64,000 nt of DNA from an uncultured Verrucomicrobiae bacterium (GCA_963836755.1 CAWIKF010000002.1:1504001-1568000); one strand, 5' to 3'. Positions 32,442-44,079 are shown, counted from the stretch's first letter. Notes: a model not told the origin generated them from the letters alone. Program-made: numbers and translations.

Positions 32442-33068
32442 CTACTGCAGTGCGCCCGCGGCGGTGCCGTAACGCTGCTCAATAATCGCGTCGGCGAGAT
32501 GTTGCGCGATCGCCTCGTGGTATTGCGGCGTCGAGCATTGCGCGGCCTCACGCGGATTGCTCAGGAAGCCGCATTCCACCAGCACCGCGGGGAAATTGTT
32601 CAGACGAAGCACGCGGAAATTTGCGTGCTCGATTCCGCGGTTTGGCGCAAGCGACGTGAGTTTTTTTTCAATGCAACGCGCAAATGATTCCGCGTAGGCC
32701 GAATTGTAATACGTCTCGATTCCGCGGATGCGGCGGCGCGGCGAATCATTGAAATGAATGCTGATGAAAATCGCATCGTGCTGCGCATTGGAAATCTCGG
32801 CGCGCTTGTTCAGCTCCACAAAATAATCGCCGTCGCGCGTGAGCACTGTGTTGAAGCCGGCCGCGCGCAGTTTCGGCGCGAGGCGCAGCGCGACATCGAG
32901 CGTCTGCGTTTTTTCCATGCTGCCGCGTCGCGAGGTCGTGCCGCTGTCGCGCCCGCCGTGTCCGGGATCGATGACGACGGTGTGAAAACTGTGGCTCGTG
33001 TTCTTTACCGACGTCGCGCAACCGGCGAGCAACAAAACGAACGGCAGGAGAGCGCGAATGGTCTTCAT
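32442..33068 (-). CDS. N-acetylmuramoyl-L-alanine amidase (Amidase_3), lipoprotein
   Basis: LAGC, IDPGHGGRD, FISIHFN, PAVLVECGFLSN. Confidence 0.93.
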   Translation of the reverse strand: MKTIRALLPFVLLLAGCATSVKNTSHSFHTVVIDPGHGGRDSGTTSRRGSMEKTQTLDVALRLAPKLRAAGFNTVLTRDGDYFVELNKRAEISNAQHDAIFISIHFNDSPRRRIRGIETYYNSAYAESFARCIEKKLTSLAPNRGIEHANFRVLRLNNFPAVLVECGFLSNPREAAQCSTPQYHEAIAQHLADAIIEQRYGTAAGALQ

Positions 33069-33136
33069 CGTGTGCAAAAGCCAGCCACTCTTGACGCCCC
33101 GCCGGTTCGCGTCAATGAACGTGTTCGATTCGCGCG

Positions 33137-35314
33137 ATGAAATTTCTTGTGTCGCTTTTATTCGGCAGTGTCACGGCGTTCTGCCAAATTCCTGTCGTGA
33201 AATACGTGCACGCAAACCGCCTCGTTCATGAAAAATCGCCCTACCTTTTGCAGCACGCGCACAACCCGGTGGACTGGTATCCGTGGGGCGAGGAGGCGTT
33301 CGCGAGGGCGCGGAAGGAGAACAAGCCGATCTTTCTCTCCGTCGGATATTCGACCTGCCATTGGTGCCATGTCATGGAGCGCGAATCGTTTGAAAACGAC
33401 GCCATCGCGAAAATTCTCAACGCCGATTTCGTCTCGATCAAAGTCGATCGCGAGGAGCGGCCGGACGTCGATCGTGTTTACATGACGTTCGTGCAGGCGA
33501 CCACCGGCGGAGGCGGCTGGCCGATGAGCGTGTGGCTCACGCCCGACCTGAAGCCGTTTGTCGGAGGCACATATTTTCCGCCGACCGATCGTTACGGGCA
33601 GCCGGGATTTGCGACGGTGCTGAAAAAAATCGCGGACGCGTGGCAAAACGATCGGCAACGCGTTGTTGAACAAGGAAATCAGATCATGGCGGCGCTGCAG
33701 GAGCATACTTCCTTCGCGTCGCGCGACACGCCGCTCGATCCCAAAATCTTCGACGGCGCATACGAGCAGCTCGCGCAAAACTTTGACGCCGAACAAGGCG
33801 GCTTCGGCAGCGCGCCAAAGTTTCCCCGGCCAGTCGCGCTGAACTTCCTTCTGCGAGTTTATGCGCGCGAACCGCAGTCGCCACGAGGCCGGCACGCGCT
33901 GGAAATGGTCACTTTCACTCTCCGCAAGATGGCCGCCGGCGGCATCCACGATCAGCTTGGCGGCGGCTTCCATCGCTACTCCGTCGACCGCTTTTGGCAT
34001 ATCCCGCATTTCGAAAAAATGCTCTACGATCAGGCGCAGCTGGCGAGTGCTTATTTAGACGCATTCCAAATAAAGCACGATCCACTTTTTGCACAAACCG
34101 CGCGCGACACTCTTGATTACGTCCGGCGCGAAATGACCGATGGACAGGGCGGATTTTATTCGGCCGAAGACGCCGACAGTCTCGCGCCGGATGGGCATGA
34201 AAAAAAAGAGGGCGCCTTTTATATTTGGACGAAAAAGGAACTGGATGAGCAGCTCGGTCAGGACGCAGAAATTTTTGACCGCGTCTATGGAGTCGAGCCG
34301 CACGGGAACGCGCCCGCAGGCAGTGATCCGCAAGGCGAGTTTGAAAACCAGAACACGCTTATCCGCCGTCTCACCGACGATGATGCGGTGGCGATTTTCA
34401 AAAAGTCAGCGCCGGAAATTCGCGACAGACTCAAAAAGGACCGCGACAAACTTTTAGAAATTCGCGCGAAACGTCCGCGGCCGCATCGGGACGACAAAAT
34501 TATCGCGGCGTGGAATGGCATGATGATCTCGGCTTTCGCGCGAGGCGCGCAGGTGCTTGACGATCCGGCGTATCTCGAGGCGGCGACGCACGCGGCAAAA
34601 TTTCTCCAGACGCAGCTTTATCGCGATGGCCAGCTCGTGCGGAGCTATCGCGATGGCGCGAGCGACGTGAGCGGCTTTGCAGATGATTACGCTTCTCTGA
34701 TTCAAGGTTTGCTCGACCTTTACGAGACCGGTTTTGACATCCATTGGCTCCGCTGGGCAGCTGATCTCCAGCAAAAGCAGGACGAACTTTTTGCCGACAC
34801 GTCCGGCGGTTATTTCAGCTCCGCCGCGAACGACCCGCACATCCTGCTGCGCATGAAGGAAGATTACGATGGCGCGGAACCGTCGCCCAATTCCACGGCA
34901 GCGCTGAACCTCCTGCGGCTTGGACAAATGACGGGCAATTGGTCGATGCGCGAGCGTGCAGAAAAGACGATCAAAACTTTCGCGCAGCAACTTTCGCGGC
35001 AACCAACGGCGATGCCGCAAATGCTCGTCGCGGCCGATTTTCTGGAATCAAAACCGAAGCAAATCGTGATTGCTGGAAAGGCCGGCGCACCTGATGTGAA
35101 GGCGCTTCTGCGCGAACTGCGCACGCATTTTCTTCCCAACAAAATCGTGCTGCTCGCGGACGGCGATGCCGATCACAGCTTGCTTGCGGGTAAACTTGAC
35201 TTCATGAAAACGATGGCGCCGATCGATGGCAGAGCTGCGGCGTTCGTGTGCGAGAATTACGTGTGCAAGCTGCCCGTGACGGGCCCGGCGGCGTTGCGTG
35301 AGGTTCTCAAATAG
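33137..35314 (+). CDS. Thioredoxin-domain protein YyaL/DUF255 family
   Basis: [39 protein letters not shown]. Confidence 0.94.
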   Translation: MKFLVSLLFGSVTAFCQIPVVKYVHANRLVHEKSPYLLQHAHNPVDWYPWGEEAFARARKENKPIFLSVGYSTCHWCHVMERESFENDAIAKILNADFVSIKVDREERPDVDRVYMTFVQATTGGGGWPMSVWLTPDLKPFVGGTYFPPTDRYGQPGFATVLKKIADAWQNDRQRVVEQGNQIMAALQEHTSFASRDTPLDPKIFDGAYEQLAQNFDAEQGGFGSAPKFPRPVALNFLLRVYAREPQSPRGRHALEMVTFTLRKMAAGGIHDQLGGGFHRYSVDRFWHIPHFEKMLYDQAQLASAYLDAFQIKHDPLFAQTARDTLDYVRREMTDGQGGFYSAEDADSLAPDGHEKKEGAFYIWTKKELDEQLGQDAEIFDRVYGVEPHGNAPAGSDPQGEFENQNTLIRRLTDDDAVAIFKKSAPEIRDRLKKDRDKLLEIRAKRPRPHRDDKIIAAWNGMMISAFARGAQVLDDPAYLEAATHAAKFLQTQLYRDGQLVRSYRDGASDVSGFADDYASLIQGLLDLYETGFDIHWLRWAADLQQKQDELFADTSGGYFSSAANDPHILLRMKEDYDGAEPSPNSTAALNLLRLGQMTGNWSMRERAEKTIKTFAQQLSRQPTAMPQMLVAADFLESKPKQIVIAGKAGAPDVKALLRELRTHFLPNKIVLLADGDADHSLLAGKLDFMKTMAPIDGRAAAFVCENYVCKLPVTGPAALREVLK

Positions 35315-36116
35315 CGACTCCGCCCGACCGCGAAATTGCGAGTGAATAGCGGCCGCGCGTGGCGTGAACTTTGATCTCAGCGCCATATGCCTCGGTCAGG
35401 AACTTCGATTTCAGGACTGCCTTTTTTGGTCCAGACGCGAGCTCGCGGCCGTTTAGCAAAAGAAAAACATGTGAAAACACGGGAGTGATCTCCTCCACAT
35501 GATGCGTGACGAGGATGAGCGCCGGTGCGTTCGTCTCTCGGCCGAGTTTTTCGACGAATCGTAAAAAGTTTTCGCGCGCTACCGGATCAAGACCGGCGCA
35601 TGGCTCGTCGAGAATCAGCACGCGCGGCCGCGCCATCAGCGCTCGACCGATCAAAATCCGCTGCCGCTCGCCTTGTGAAAGCACGCGCCAAGGGCGTTCG
35701 ATGAGATGGGTGCATTCAATTTGTCGCAATATTTTCACTGCTCTCTCGCGATCCTTTTTTTCCACGCGTCCCCAGAAATCGATCATCGCATATTTGCCGC
35801 TGATGATGGTTTTCAGCGCCGGCTCGTCGTCGGCCATCATCTGCCGGACCGATGAACTGACGATGCCGATATTCTTTCGCAGTTCGCGCCAATCGCTTTC
35901 GCCATAACGTTTCCCGAGCACTTCGATTGAACCTCCGGTCGGTGCCATGTAAGCGGCAAGCGCGCTGAGCAGCGAAGTTTTGCCCGAGCCGTTCGCGCCG
36001 AGAATCGCCCAATGCTCGCCGCGACGCACGCACCACGAAATTCCATCGAGGATGAGAACGCCGCCCCGCTCGATGCTCAAGTCGCGCACAGCGAGAACGG
36101 GATTTTCCTTTCGCAT
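35307..36116 (-). CDS. ABC transporter ATP-binding protein (ModF/YlmA-like)
   Basis: [26 protein letters not shown]. Confidence 0.9.
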   Translation of the reverse strand: MRKENPVLAVRDLSIERGGVLILDGISWCVRRGEHWAILGANGSGKTSLLSALAAYMAPTGGSIEVLGKRYGESDWRELRKNIGIVSSSVRQMMADDEPALKTIISGKYAMIDFWGRVEKKDRERAVKILRQIECTHLIERPWRVLSQGERQRILIGRALMARPRVLILDEPCAGLDPVARENFLRFVEKLGRETNAPALILVTHHVEEITPVFSHVFLLLNGRELASGPKKAVLKSKFLTEAYGAEIKVHATRGRYSLAISRSGGVAI

Positions 36117-36142
36117 GCGTCGGCGAAGTTTATTTTTGCGCG

Positions 36143-36748
36143 ATGGAGAAGCCAGCCGAAACAAAATATCCGATCCACGAATTGCTCGCCCGTCGCTGGA
36201 GCCCGCGCATCTTTGCAGAGCGCGCGGTCGAGGTGGAAAAGCTGCGCAGTCTGTTCGAAGCCGCACGCTGGGCGCCGTCGTCTTTCAACGCACAACCGTG
36301 GAGTTTCATCGTCGCGACACGTGACGATCCCGTGGAATTCGAGCGGCTGCTGCATTGCCTCGTGGAGTTCAATCAAGGCTGGGCGAAGTCTGCGTCGCTG
36401 CTGATGATTTCAGTCACGCATCTAGTTTTTGATCACAACGGAAAAGAGAATCGCCACGCGTTCCACGATGTCGGGCTGGCCACGGAAAATCTCGTGATTC
36501 AGGCGATGGCGCTTGGACTTTTCGCACACGGAATGGCCGGATTCGATGTGGAAAAAACTCGTGCGACTTATGCGATTCCAGATGCGTTCATGCCCGTCGC
36601 GGCGTGGGCAATCGGCTATCCCGGCGATCCGGCAAAACTTGATCCGCAGCTTCGTGAGCGCGAGCTCGAACCGCGTGTGCGCAAGCCAACGGACGCGTTT
36701 GTTTTCACTGGCGGCTGGCAAAAAACTGCGTCAGCAGTGCGCGGTTGA
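36143..36748 (+). CDS. Nitroreductase family protein
   Basis: RRWSPRIF, ARWAPSSFNAQPW, HGMAGFD. Confidence 0.92.
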   Translation: MEKPAETKYPIHELLARRWSPRIFAERAVEVEKLRSLFEAARWAPSSFNAQPWSFIVATRDDPVEFERLLHCLVEFNQGWAKSASLLMISVTHLVFDHNGKENRHAFHDVGLATENLVIQAMALGLFAHGMAGFDVEKTRATYAIPDAFMPVAAWAIGYPGDPAKLDPQLRERELEPRVRKPTDAFVFTGGWQKTASAVRG

Positions 36749-36752
36749 ACTT

Positions 36753-38474
36753 TTAAACCACGCCTCTTCGCGCGAGCGCTTCGTCCATCGCGCGCTCCAC
36801 TAGCAAGGCCGCGAGTGGCTCCGTGCCTTGATCCAGCGCCGCATTCGCTTTTTTCAACCGCGGCACTTCATCGCTCGCGATAGCTTCTTCGACCTCGCGC
36901 ATCAGATGGGCGACACGCGACTTTTCTTCATCGCTGATTGCATCGCCGATCTGCGCCAGCGCGGCGCGCACTGCCGGCAGCATTTCATTCGCTTTCAATT
37001 TTGCCTCGGTCAGCATGCGCTCGCTCATGTCGTCGAATGCGTGCTCGACAGATTCCGCGATCATTTTTTCCACGGCTTCATCGGAAACATCCACGGCGCT
37101 TTTGATTTCGACAATGCGCTCGATGCCGGTTTTCACATCGCGCGCCAGCACGTGCAAAATGCCGTTCGCGTCGATGTCGAATTGCACGCCGACGCGCGCC
37201 TGGCCTTTCGTCACGGGTTCGAACGCGAGCTCGAATTGCCCGAGCGCCCAGTTGTCGCGCGCTATTTCGCGCTCGCCTTGCAGCACTTTGATTAACATCG
37301 ATCGCTGCCCCGCGAGCGCGTTCGTGAACATCTCGCCGGCCTTGAGCGGGATCGTCGAATTGCGCGGAATGAGGACGTTCATCAAGCCGCCAAACGTCTC
37401 GATCCCGAGTGACAGCGGTGTGACATCCAGCAGCACCATGTTTGAAACTGCGCCGCTCAAGATTCCGGCTTGGATTGTCGCGCCGAGCGCGACTGCTTCG
37501 TCAGGATTCTGTGAAATGTTTGGCTCGCGACCGAAGAATTCGCGGGCGAACTTTTGCACGAGTGGCATTCGCGTGACGCCGCCGACCAGAATGATTTCGT
37601 CGAGGTCGGATGCCGAAAGGTTTGCGTCGGCCAGCACGCGCTGACAATGGGCGCGCGTCCGCTCAACGATCGGCAGCGCCAACCGCTCAAGTTCGGCGCG
37701 AGTGAGTGGAAGTTTTACATGCGTCGCGCCGTCCGCGAAGGGCAGCGCGATTTCGACTTCCGTCTCCTTTGAAAGGCGATGCTTCGCCTCGATCGCGAGT
37801 TCGCGCAGACGCGGGTCTGTCCGTGGCAACTTTGACGCGAGGGCGTCGAGGAGGGCGTTGTCGATATCATCGCCGCCAAGCCGCGTGTTGCCATTGGTCG
37901 CGATGACGCGGAACACGCCGCTGTCGAATTCGAGAATGGAGATGTCAAACGTTCCGCCGCCGAGATCGTAAACGGCAAACTTCGATTTCTCGCGCAGCTT
38001 ATCCAGGCCGTAAGCAAGCGCAGCGGCGGTCGGTTCGTTCACGATCCGCTCGACCGTGAAACCCGCGAGCTCGCCAGCGGCTTTCGTCGCGTTGCGTTGC
38101 GTGTCGTTAAAATAAGCGGGCACGGTGATTACCGCTCGCGTCAAAGTTCGCTCCAGCGCGCGCTCCGCATCCGATTTCAACTTTTGCAAAATGAGCGATG
38201 AAATTTCCTCGGGCGAAAAGTTTCTGGAATGCATTGAGATCGATTCCGCCGCGCCCATTTTCCGTTTGATCGACGAAATTGTGTGCTCGGAATCGAGCGC
38301 GCGCATTCGCTGCGCTGCGCGACCGACGAGCGGTTCGCCGTCGGCTCGAAAGTGAACGACCGATGGCGTAAGCCGCTCCCCGTCTTGATCCGCGAGCAGG
38401 AGTGGAAAGCCGGCTTCCATCACGCCGATCAGGGAATTCGTGGTGCCTAGATCGATGCCGACGATGTCTGACAT
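36753..38474 (-). CDS. hscA: Hsp70 chaperone, HscA-like
   Basis: GIDLGTTNS, TVPAYFND, DLGGGTFD; adjacent to hscB/iscA. Confidence 0.85.
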   Translation of the reverse strand: MSDIVGIDLGTTNSLIGVMEAGFPLLLADQDGERLTPSVVHFRADGEPLVGRAAQRMRALDSEHTISSIKRKMGAAESISMHSRNFSPEEISSLILQKLKSDAERALERTLTRAVITVPAYFNDTQRNATKAAGELAGFTVERIVNEPTAAALAYGLDKLREKSKFAVYDLGGGTFDISILEFDSGVFRVIATNGNTRLGGDDIDNALLDALASKLPRTDPRLRELAIEAKHRLSKETEVEIALPFADGATHVKLPLTRAELERLALPIVERTRAHCQRVLADANLSASDLDEIILVGGVTRMPLVQKFAREFFGREPNISQNPDEAVALGATIQAGILSGAVSNMVLLDVTPLSLGIETFGGLMNVLIPRNSTIPLKAGEMFTNALAGQRSMLIKVLQGEREIARDNWALGQFELAFEPVTKGQARVGVQFDIDANGILHVLARDVKTGIERIVEIKSAVDVSDEAVEKMIAESVEHAFDDMSERMLTEAKLKANEMLPAVRAALAQIGDAISDEEKSRVAHLMREVEEAIASDEVPRLKKANAALDQGTEPLAALLVERAMDEALARRGVV

Positions 38475-38475
38475 A

Positions 38476-39033
38476 TCAAAAATTCAGCTGCACCACTCCT
38501 TCGCGCAACTGCGCGATCCATTTGTCGAGATACGCGAGGCGCTGCGACAAGGCCTCAAGTTGTTCGGCCATTACGTCCGGCCACGCTTCATCCGCGGCGC
38601 GCAAATCCGCGAGAGCGCGCTGGTTCAGTTCGTCGAGAAGAGCGAGCGATTTTTCGATCTCATCGAGCAGAGAAAAACTTTCACCCGCGAGCAATGCACG
38701 GCCGAGGGGACTCGCCGCGGAGCTTCGTCGCTCGAGGAAACGATCGAGCTTTGCACGAACCGCAGCGATTTTCATGAACGCGTCGCCGAGATCGGAAGGA
38801 ACGGCACGATCAGGCTTTCCGACGTGATTTGAGAGTTCCAACAGGTGCTTCAATCGAGATTGCGGCTCACGTAATGTGTTAAAGGCCTGGTTAATGTTTG
38901 CAAACGTTCCATCTTCCGCGCCTGCCACGTCTGGATGATATTTCGCGCTCAATTCGAAAAACTTCTGCTTTAGCGAATCCCCATCAAGCCACGGCCGGCG
39001 CGGTTCGCCGAGCAGCGCAAAATAATCGATCAC
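38476..39033 (-). CDS. hscB: Fe-S co-chaperone HscB-like J-domain protein
   Basis: DYFALLG, YHPD, INQAFNTL. Confidence 0.85.
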   Translation of the reverse strand: MIDYFALLGEPRRPWLDGDSLKQKFFELSAKYHPDVAGAEDGTFANINQAFNTLREPQSRLKHLLELSNHVGKPDRAVPSDLGDAFMKIAAVRAKLDRFLERRSSAASPLGRALLAGESFSLLDEIEKSLALLDELNQRALADLRAADEAWPDVMAEQLEALSQRLAYLDKWIAQLREGVVQLNF

Positions 39034-39392
39034 GCCGCAAAACTTTCACCGCAGGAACAATGTGCGACGGCGTTCGGATTGGTCACCTTGAAGCCGCCTT
39101 TTTGGAGGTCATCGCTGAAATCGAGCAGCGATCCGCTGACGAAAAGGGCGCTTTTTGGATCGATCACCACACGCACATTTTTTGATTCAACGACGATGTC
39201 GCGATTGGCGGGACCATCGACGAGATCCATTTTGTATTGCAGTCCGGAGCAGCCGCCGCCGATGACGGCGACGCGGAGCGCGCCTTGCGGACGGCCTTGT
39301 TTCGCGAGCAGCGAGGAAAGTTTTGCGCCGGCGTTGTCGGTCAGCTTCACCAATTTTTCGTTGCCGATCTTGTATTTTATTTCGTCCGGCAT
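39030..39392 (-). CDS. Fe-S cluster assembly accessory protein (IscA/ErpA/HesB)
   Basis: GGCSGLQY, CSCGESF. Confidence 0.95.
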   Translation of the reverse strand: MPDEIKYKIGNEKLVKLTDNAGAKLSSLLAKQGRPQGALRVAVIGGGCSGLQYKMDLVDGPANRDIVVESKNVRVVIDPKSALFVSGSLLDFSDDLQKGGFKVTNPNAVAHCSCGESFAA

Positions 39393-39398
39393 GGGCGG

Positions 39399-40400
39399 TC
39401 AGGCGTCGAGCCGCATTAACGGTCGTTGCTCATGCTGCAAATGCGCTGCAGCGATGTCCTCAAGTTCCGCGAGTGTGGAAACGTGCGCAATTTTGTTCCG
39501 CAGATTTCGGGCGTCAGGCATGCCGCGCGAGTAGGCCATGAGCCGCGCGCGAAGCGAATGCATTGTCGGAATCTCTGCGCCGCGGCGCGGGTGCGCGACG
39601 GCGAGTCGGCAGTGGCGCAGAATAAAATCCCATTGGCGGACGAGCGAAGGCGGCGGTGGAATTTCGCCGGTTGAGAGAAAAGTTTTGATCTCATGAAAAA
39701 TCCATGGCGCCGACATCGCGCCTCTTCCAATCATGATCCCAGCGACGCCGCTCTGCGCGCGCCGAAGTTTTACATCCGTGGCACATGTGATGTCGCCATT
39801 TCCGATCACGGGAATCGAGACGGCTTGTGCGACAGCAGCGATCACGTCCCAATCAGCCTCGCCGCTGTAGCCCTGCTCTTTGGTGCGGCCATGGACGGCG
39901 ATCGCCTGAACGCCTGCATTTTCCAGGATGCGCGCGGTGGTCGTGGCATTGATCGAGGCGCGGTCCCAGCCAATGCGGATCTTGGCGGTAACGGGCACAG
40001 GCGCGGCAGCGGTCACCACGGCGCGCGCTACTTTTTCCAAAAGCGGGCAATCGCGAAGCAGCGATGATCCGCCGTTTTTGCTGACGACTTTGTTGACCGG
40101 GCAGCCGAAATTCAGGTCGATGAAATCGGGCTGCTTCCAATCGATGACCATGCGCGCGGCCTCGCCGAGATGCGCGGGCTCCGCGCCGAAAAGCTGCACG
40201 CCAAGCGGGCGCTCGAGCTCGTCGAACTCGAGATAATCCATCGTGCGATGGTTGCGGCGAAAGATGCCCTCGGCGGAAACAAATTCCGTGACCACGACGT
40301 CCGCGCCTTGCTCCTTGCAGAGCTGGCGGAAAATCGTGTCCGTCACGCCGGCCATCGGCGCGAGATAGAGCGGAAACTTTTCCTGGAACCAAGTCAGCAT
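39399..40400 (-). CDS. dusB: tRNA dihydrouridine synthase B
   Basis: LAPMAGVTD, DLNFGCP, VHGRT, IGNGDI. Confidence 0.93.
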   Translation of the reverse strand: MLTWFQEKFPLYLAPMAGVTDTIFRQLCKEQGADVVVTEFVSAEGIFRRNHRTMDYLEFDELERPLGVQLFGAEPAHLGEAARMVIDWKQPDFIDLNFGCPVNKVVSKNGGSSLLRDCPLLEKVARAVVTAAAPVPVTAKIRIGWDRASINATTTARILENAGVQAIAVHGRTKEQGYSGEADWDVIAAVAQAVSIPVIGNGDITCATDVKLRRAQSGVAGIMIGRGAMSAPWIFHEIKTFLSTGEIPPPPSLVRQWDFILRHCRLAVAHPRRGAEIPTMHSLRARLMAYSRGMPDARNLRNKIAHVSTLAELEDIAAAHLQHEQRPLMRLDA

Positions 40401-40445
40401 GCGGCGCGGAACCTACTCCAGCCGCGTGCGGCATTCCAGCGGCGA

Positions 40446-41690
40446 TTACGGCGCCCACCAATCGCCCGAGACGACGAGCAGCGAGAGCAGCTTGAGCGTG
40501 CTGCCGAAATAATCGGCGGAATCGTCGTCAATCGGCGTGGCCAGGATTTGCGTCCAAAGTTTGTCGAGCCATTCCTGATTTCTCGCATCGATCATCGCGC
40601 TCACGGCGAGCGGCGCGGAGAAGGCGAGCGAATGTTCGTCGTCGTGAATGGCTCGGCCGCTCTTGATATAATAGCCGGCGCGGAGTTTGGCGGGATCGCC
40701 GCCGGTGGTTTGCTGGAGAAAATCATTCAACTTTTCGAGCACGAGCTTCGCGCGCGGATCGCCAGCGAGCAGGTAATCGACGCCGATGCGGAAGGGAAAG
40801 CGGCACGAGTTATAGGAATATTCACCGTCAAACTTTGACTCCAGAAAATCGGCGCGAGCGGGTTCCGGCGCAGGCGTGTTTAATTTGCGAGCAAAGTCCG
40901 GAACAAGTCCTGTGGCCGGCGCGGATGTGTTTTGCAAGTCACTTGCAGCGGAATAGCAGCGGCCGATCAGCGCGGGCCAAAGTTTGTCGCCAGTCGCACG
41001 ATAAAAGGCGCGAAAGTGATTCGTCAAAAAATCTGAGAGGCGCGTGTCGTTTGCATTCTTGCTCTTCCGGTCGACCCAGTCGCCGAGTTTGATCGACGGA
41101 TTTTTGACATTGATGTCGCCGCTTTTGATGCCGGCAATGACGCGCAGCGCCTCGACGCGGTAATGCACTTTGCCGGCGCTGCCCCATTGCGCATCGGCGA
41201 GCAGCAGCGCGTAGGCGATATCGAGATCGCCGTCGGTTGCGGAGTCGTCGTCTCCTTTGGGACTTTGGCAGCCGGCGACTTGCATCCACGCCATCAGCTC
41301 CGGCGTGAAGCTGCTCGGATGCGCGCGAAAGTAGGCGTAGAGCTCATCGAACTCCGTTTGCGCGGCGGGATCGTGGCCAGCCATGAGCGCTGTGATCAGC
41401 ATTCCGTAGCCGTGCGCTTCGGAGACAGTGATCGCCTCCGAATTTTCGAGACTGCTTTCGCGATTGGCGAAAATATAGAGCTGGCCGGCGACGCAGCCGG
41501 CGTGGAGATAGCGCGCTTTCCAGGCATCGTAAAAGTTTGCGACAGCGGCGTCGCGCTGCGATTGCGTGGCGACGGACGGGAGGATCGTTCCCGCAGTGTA
41601 AACAGTATGTTGTGGGAAGGGGTGGGCTGGATTTTGAGCGAACGCGGCAGCAGCGGCGAGCAACCAAAAAAGTGCGCCGGCGCGCATCAA
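40446..41690 (-). CDS. Secreted glycoside hydrolase family 8
   Basis: TVSEAHGYGM, SATDGDLDIAYALLLA, YSYNSCR. Confidence 0.9.
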   Translation of the reverse strand: MMRAGALFWLLAAAAAFAQNPAHPFPQHTVYTAGTILPSVATQSQRDAAVANFYDAWKARYLHAGCVAGQLYIFANRESSLENSEAITVSEAHGYGMLITALMAGHDPAAQTEFDELYAYFRAHPSSFTPELMAWMQVAGCQSPKGDDDSATDGDLDIAYALLLADAQWGSAGKVHYRVEALRVIAGIKSGDINVKNPSIKLGDWVDRKSKNANDTRLSDFLTNHFRAFYRATGDKLWPALIGRCYSAASDLQNTSAPATGLVPDFARKLNTPAPEPARADFLESKFDGEYSYNSCRFPFRIGVDYLLAGDPRAKLVLEKLNDFLQQTTGGDPAKLRAGYYIKSGRAIHDDEHSLAFSAPLAVSAMIDARNQEWLDKLWTQILATPIDDDSADYFGSTLKLLSLLVVSGDWWAP

Positions 41691-42178
41691 ATCAACTGCG
41701 CGGCGACTTCGTCCTGCACAGAGCCGAGCTGGTCGAGACGAAGTTGCGGATCGGGAATCACGAAAACTTCACCGCTTTTTGCGTGCTCATAAATTAGCAC
41801 GCGGCCTTCGTCGGTGAACTTTGTTTCCACTTGTTTCAGCGTCCGTTTGCGCTCGAGCATCAGCGCGAGGATGTAGCGGGCGTTTGCGTGGCGCGCGTCA
41901 TTTTCCTGCATGTAGCGCCGCAGTAAATCTTCGGCGGTTTCTTTTGCGAGCGCCTCGGGCGGCGCGGGCGGCGGGAGCTCGAAGCGGCTGCGCCAGAATG
42001 AAAACGGCGCAATGTTGTCGTTGCGCTGCAGCCACGCTTCCTCGCTCAAATCTTCGCGGCGGAATCCGTCGCGGCCATGAAAAAGCAGCGTGTAAAAGTA
42101 TTCGCCCTCGGCGAATTCGCGGCCGGTCGCGGAGCACTTTTCCGCGCGCCCCTGGATTGTCCATTCGTTCTGCATCAT
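41687..42178 (-). CDS. Conserved hypothetical protein
   Basis: EWTIQGRAEKCSATG...YILALMLERKR; overlaps neighbours by 4 nt. Confidence 0.75.
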   Translation of the reverse strand: MMQNEWTIQGRAEKCSATGREFAEGEYFYTLLFHGRDGFRREDLSEEAWLQRNDNIAPFSFWRSRFELPPPAPPEALAKETAEDLLRRYMQENDARHANARYILALMLERKRTLKQVETKFTDEGRVLIYEHAKSGEVFVIPDPQLRLDQLGSVQDEVAAQLI

Positions 42179-43311
42179 TTGTGTGCGCGCTTGGAACCGA
42201 GCTTCGGCAATTCGCGATTCGTCGAGCGCAGATAGAGGAGCAAAAATCCGATCGTGCCGAACAAAAGGTTGGGTGCCCACGCGGCGACAGCGGGCGGAAT
42301 GCGCGCGCCTTTGCCGAGCGCGAGAAAAAGATTGGTAAGAAAAATCATGGAAAAGAAAATGAAGAGCGAGCTCGCAACGCCGGCGAGCACGCCGCGGCGC
42401 GAGTAGACAATGCCGAGCGGCGCTGCGATGAACACGACGACGAAGCAGGACCACGGCAGCGCCCAGCGGTATTGCAGATGCGTGCGATACGGCGCGAGCA
42501 TTGCCTCGGGAAAATCGGAATTGTATTTCAAATAATCGCGAAGCTCCGGCACGGAGAGGCTCGCGGGCTCGAGGTTCGTGCTGGCGATGCGCCACGGCGT
42601 TTCCGACCAGTCGCTGACTCTGCGCGCGCCGGCGAGCCAGAGATCTTCGGTGGTGATGTTGCCGTCTTTGTCAAAGTGCACGGTCTTGCCGCGCTCGAAG
42701 CTCCACGTCTTTGTATCCGGGTCGAACAACGCGCGGCGAGCATACCATTTCGTCGTGATGTTCCCCTCCGGGTCCTGCTGGATGATGTGAATGCCGTGCA
42801 AATCATCGGCGCCTTTTTTCATCTCCTGTACATACCACATGCGATTGTCGGCGCGGTTGCGGAAGAGCTGCGCCTCGATGCCGGAGTTCTTGTCTTTGCC
42901 GTTGATTTGGTCGAGCACCGCTTTTTTCGTCTGGTCGGAGTGCGGCGCGAGTTTGTAGTTGAGCGCGAGGCTGGCGAGGCTGATGACGACGCCCATGCCC
43001 ATGAGCGGAAATAAAATGCGGACGACGCTGCGGCCCGCGGTGAGCATCGAGATGATTTCATTCGAGCGCGACATGCGGCTGAGCGAATAAAGCAACGCGA
43101 GCAAAAGACCGACCGGCAGACTGATCACCGCGATCTGCGGCAATTGCGTGGCGTAAAAGTAGGCGATGCGCAGCGGCGAAACTTTTGCCTGGATGAAATC
43201 GGGGCCGTTGTCGCTCAAGTCGAACACGAGCCAGATCGCGAGAAAGCCGAGAAAGCAGAGCAGAAACGGCACGAGAAAATTTTTCAGGACGTATCGGTCG
43301 AGGATTCTCAC
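42175..43311 (-). CDS. LptF/LptG family LPS export permease
   Basis: MRILDRY, SNEIISMLTAG, AAWAPN; 3+3 TM layout. Confidence 0.92.
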   Translation of the reverse strand: MRILDRYVLKNFLVPFLLCFLGFLAIWLVFDLSDNGPDFIQAKVSPLRIAYFYATQLPQIAVISLPVGLLLALLYSLSRMSRSNEIISMLTAGRSVVRILFPLMGMGVVISLASLALNYKLAPHSDQTKKAVLDQINGKDKNSGIEAQLFRNRADNRMWYVQEMKKGADDLHGIHIIQQDPEGNITTKWYARRALFDPDTKTWSFERGKTVHFDKDGNITTEDLWLAGARRVSDWSETPWRIASTNLEPASLSVPELRDYLKYNSDFPEAMLAPYRTHLQYRWALPWSCFVVVFIAAPLGIVYSRRGVLAGVASSLFIFFSMIFLTNLFLALGKGARIPPAVAAWAPNLLFGTIGFLLLYLRSTNRELPKLGSKRAHK

Positions 43312-43407
43312 GGGCGAGGGAAGTTACTGAACTCGCGGCGCGATACCCAAGCAAATTTCATCGCGAACGGCATGGCGTCCGCGCCAGCTTTCCGTAAGCT
43401 GTCGCGG

Positions 43408-44043
43408 ATGAAAAACTCCGGCGCGTTCCTTTCGTTTTGCATCGCGGCATTGCTGCGGATGCTCGCGTGGACGTGGCGTCTGCGGATGGACGATCAGTGC
43501 GGACTCAGTGGCAGCGAGACTTTGCCGCCGACGATCTGGGTGCTCTGGCACAACCGGCTGCTCATCGTGCCGATTCTTTACACGCGATTTTTTCGGCATC
43601 GCAAAGGCGCGGCGCTCATCAGCCGCAGCAAGGATGGGGACTTGCTCGCGAGCTGCATCGAGCGCTTCGGCGGCGTGGCCGTGCGCGGCTCGAGCTCGCG
43701 CGGCGGCGCTTATGCGCTGGCGGATTTGAAGCAAAAAATGCGCGATGGCTTTGATGTTTACATCACGCCCGATGGCCCGCGCGGCCCGCGCTACAGCGTC
43801 GCCTCGGGTGCGGTCTGGCTCGCGCAGACGACGGGCGCGCCGCTCTTGCCGATGAGCATGGAATGCTCGAACTGCTGGCGGCTCGGGCGCTGGGACGGCT
43901 TCATCATTCCGAAGCCGTTTGCGTCGATCACCGTGACGCTGCACCCATTTTACTATGTGCGACAAACTGTGGGCGAGGCCGCGCTCACGCAGGAACGCGA
44001 GCGGCTGCGCATGACGATGATGACGCTCACGCGAATCCTCTAG
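43408..44043 (+). CDS. DUF374 / lysophospholipid acyltransferase family protein
   Basis: WHNR, ISRSKDGD, VRGSSSRGG, TPDGPRGP. Confidence 0.9.
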   Translation: MKNSGAFLSFCIAALLRMLAWTWRLRMDDQCGLSGSETLPPTIWVLWHNRLLIVPILYTRFFRHRKGAALISRSKDGDLLASCIERFGGVAVRGSSSRGGAYALADLKQKMRDGFDVYITPDGPRGPRYSVASGAVWLAQTTGAPLLPMSMECSNCWRLGRWDGFIIPKPFASITVTLHPFYYVRQTVGEAALTQERERLRMTMMTLTRIL

Positions 44044-44079
44044 CGCCGCGCATCTTCCCGGAGCAAATTGCTCAGCGGC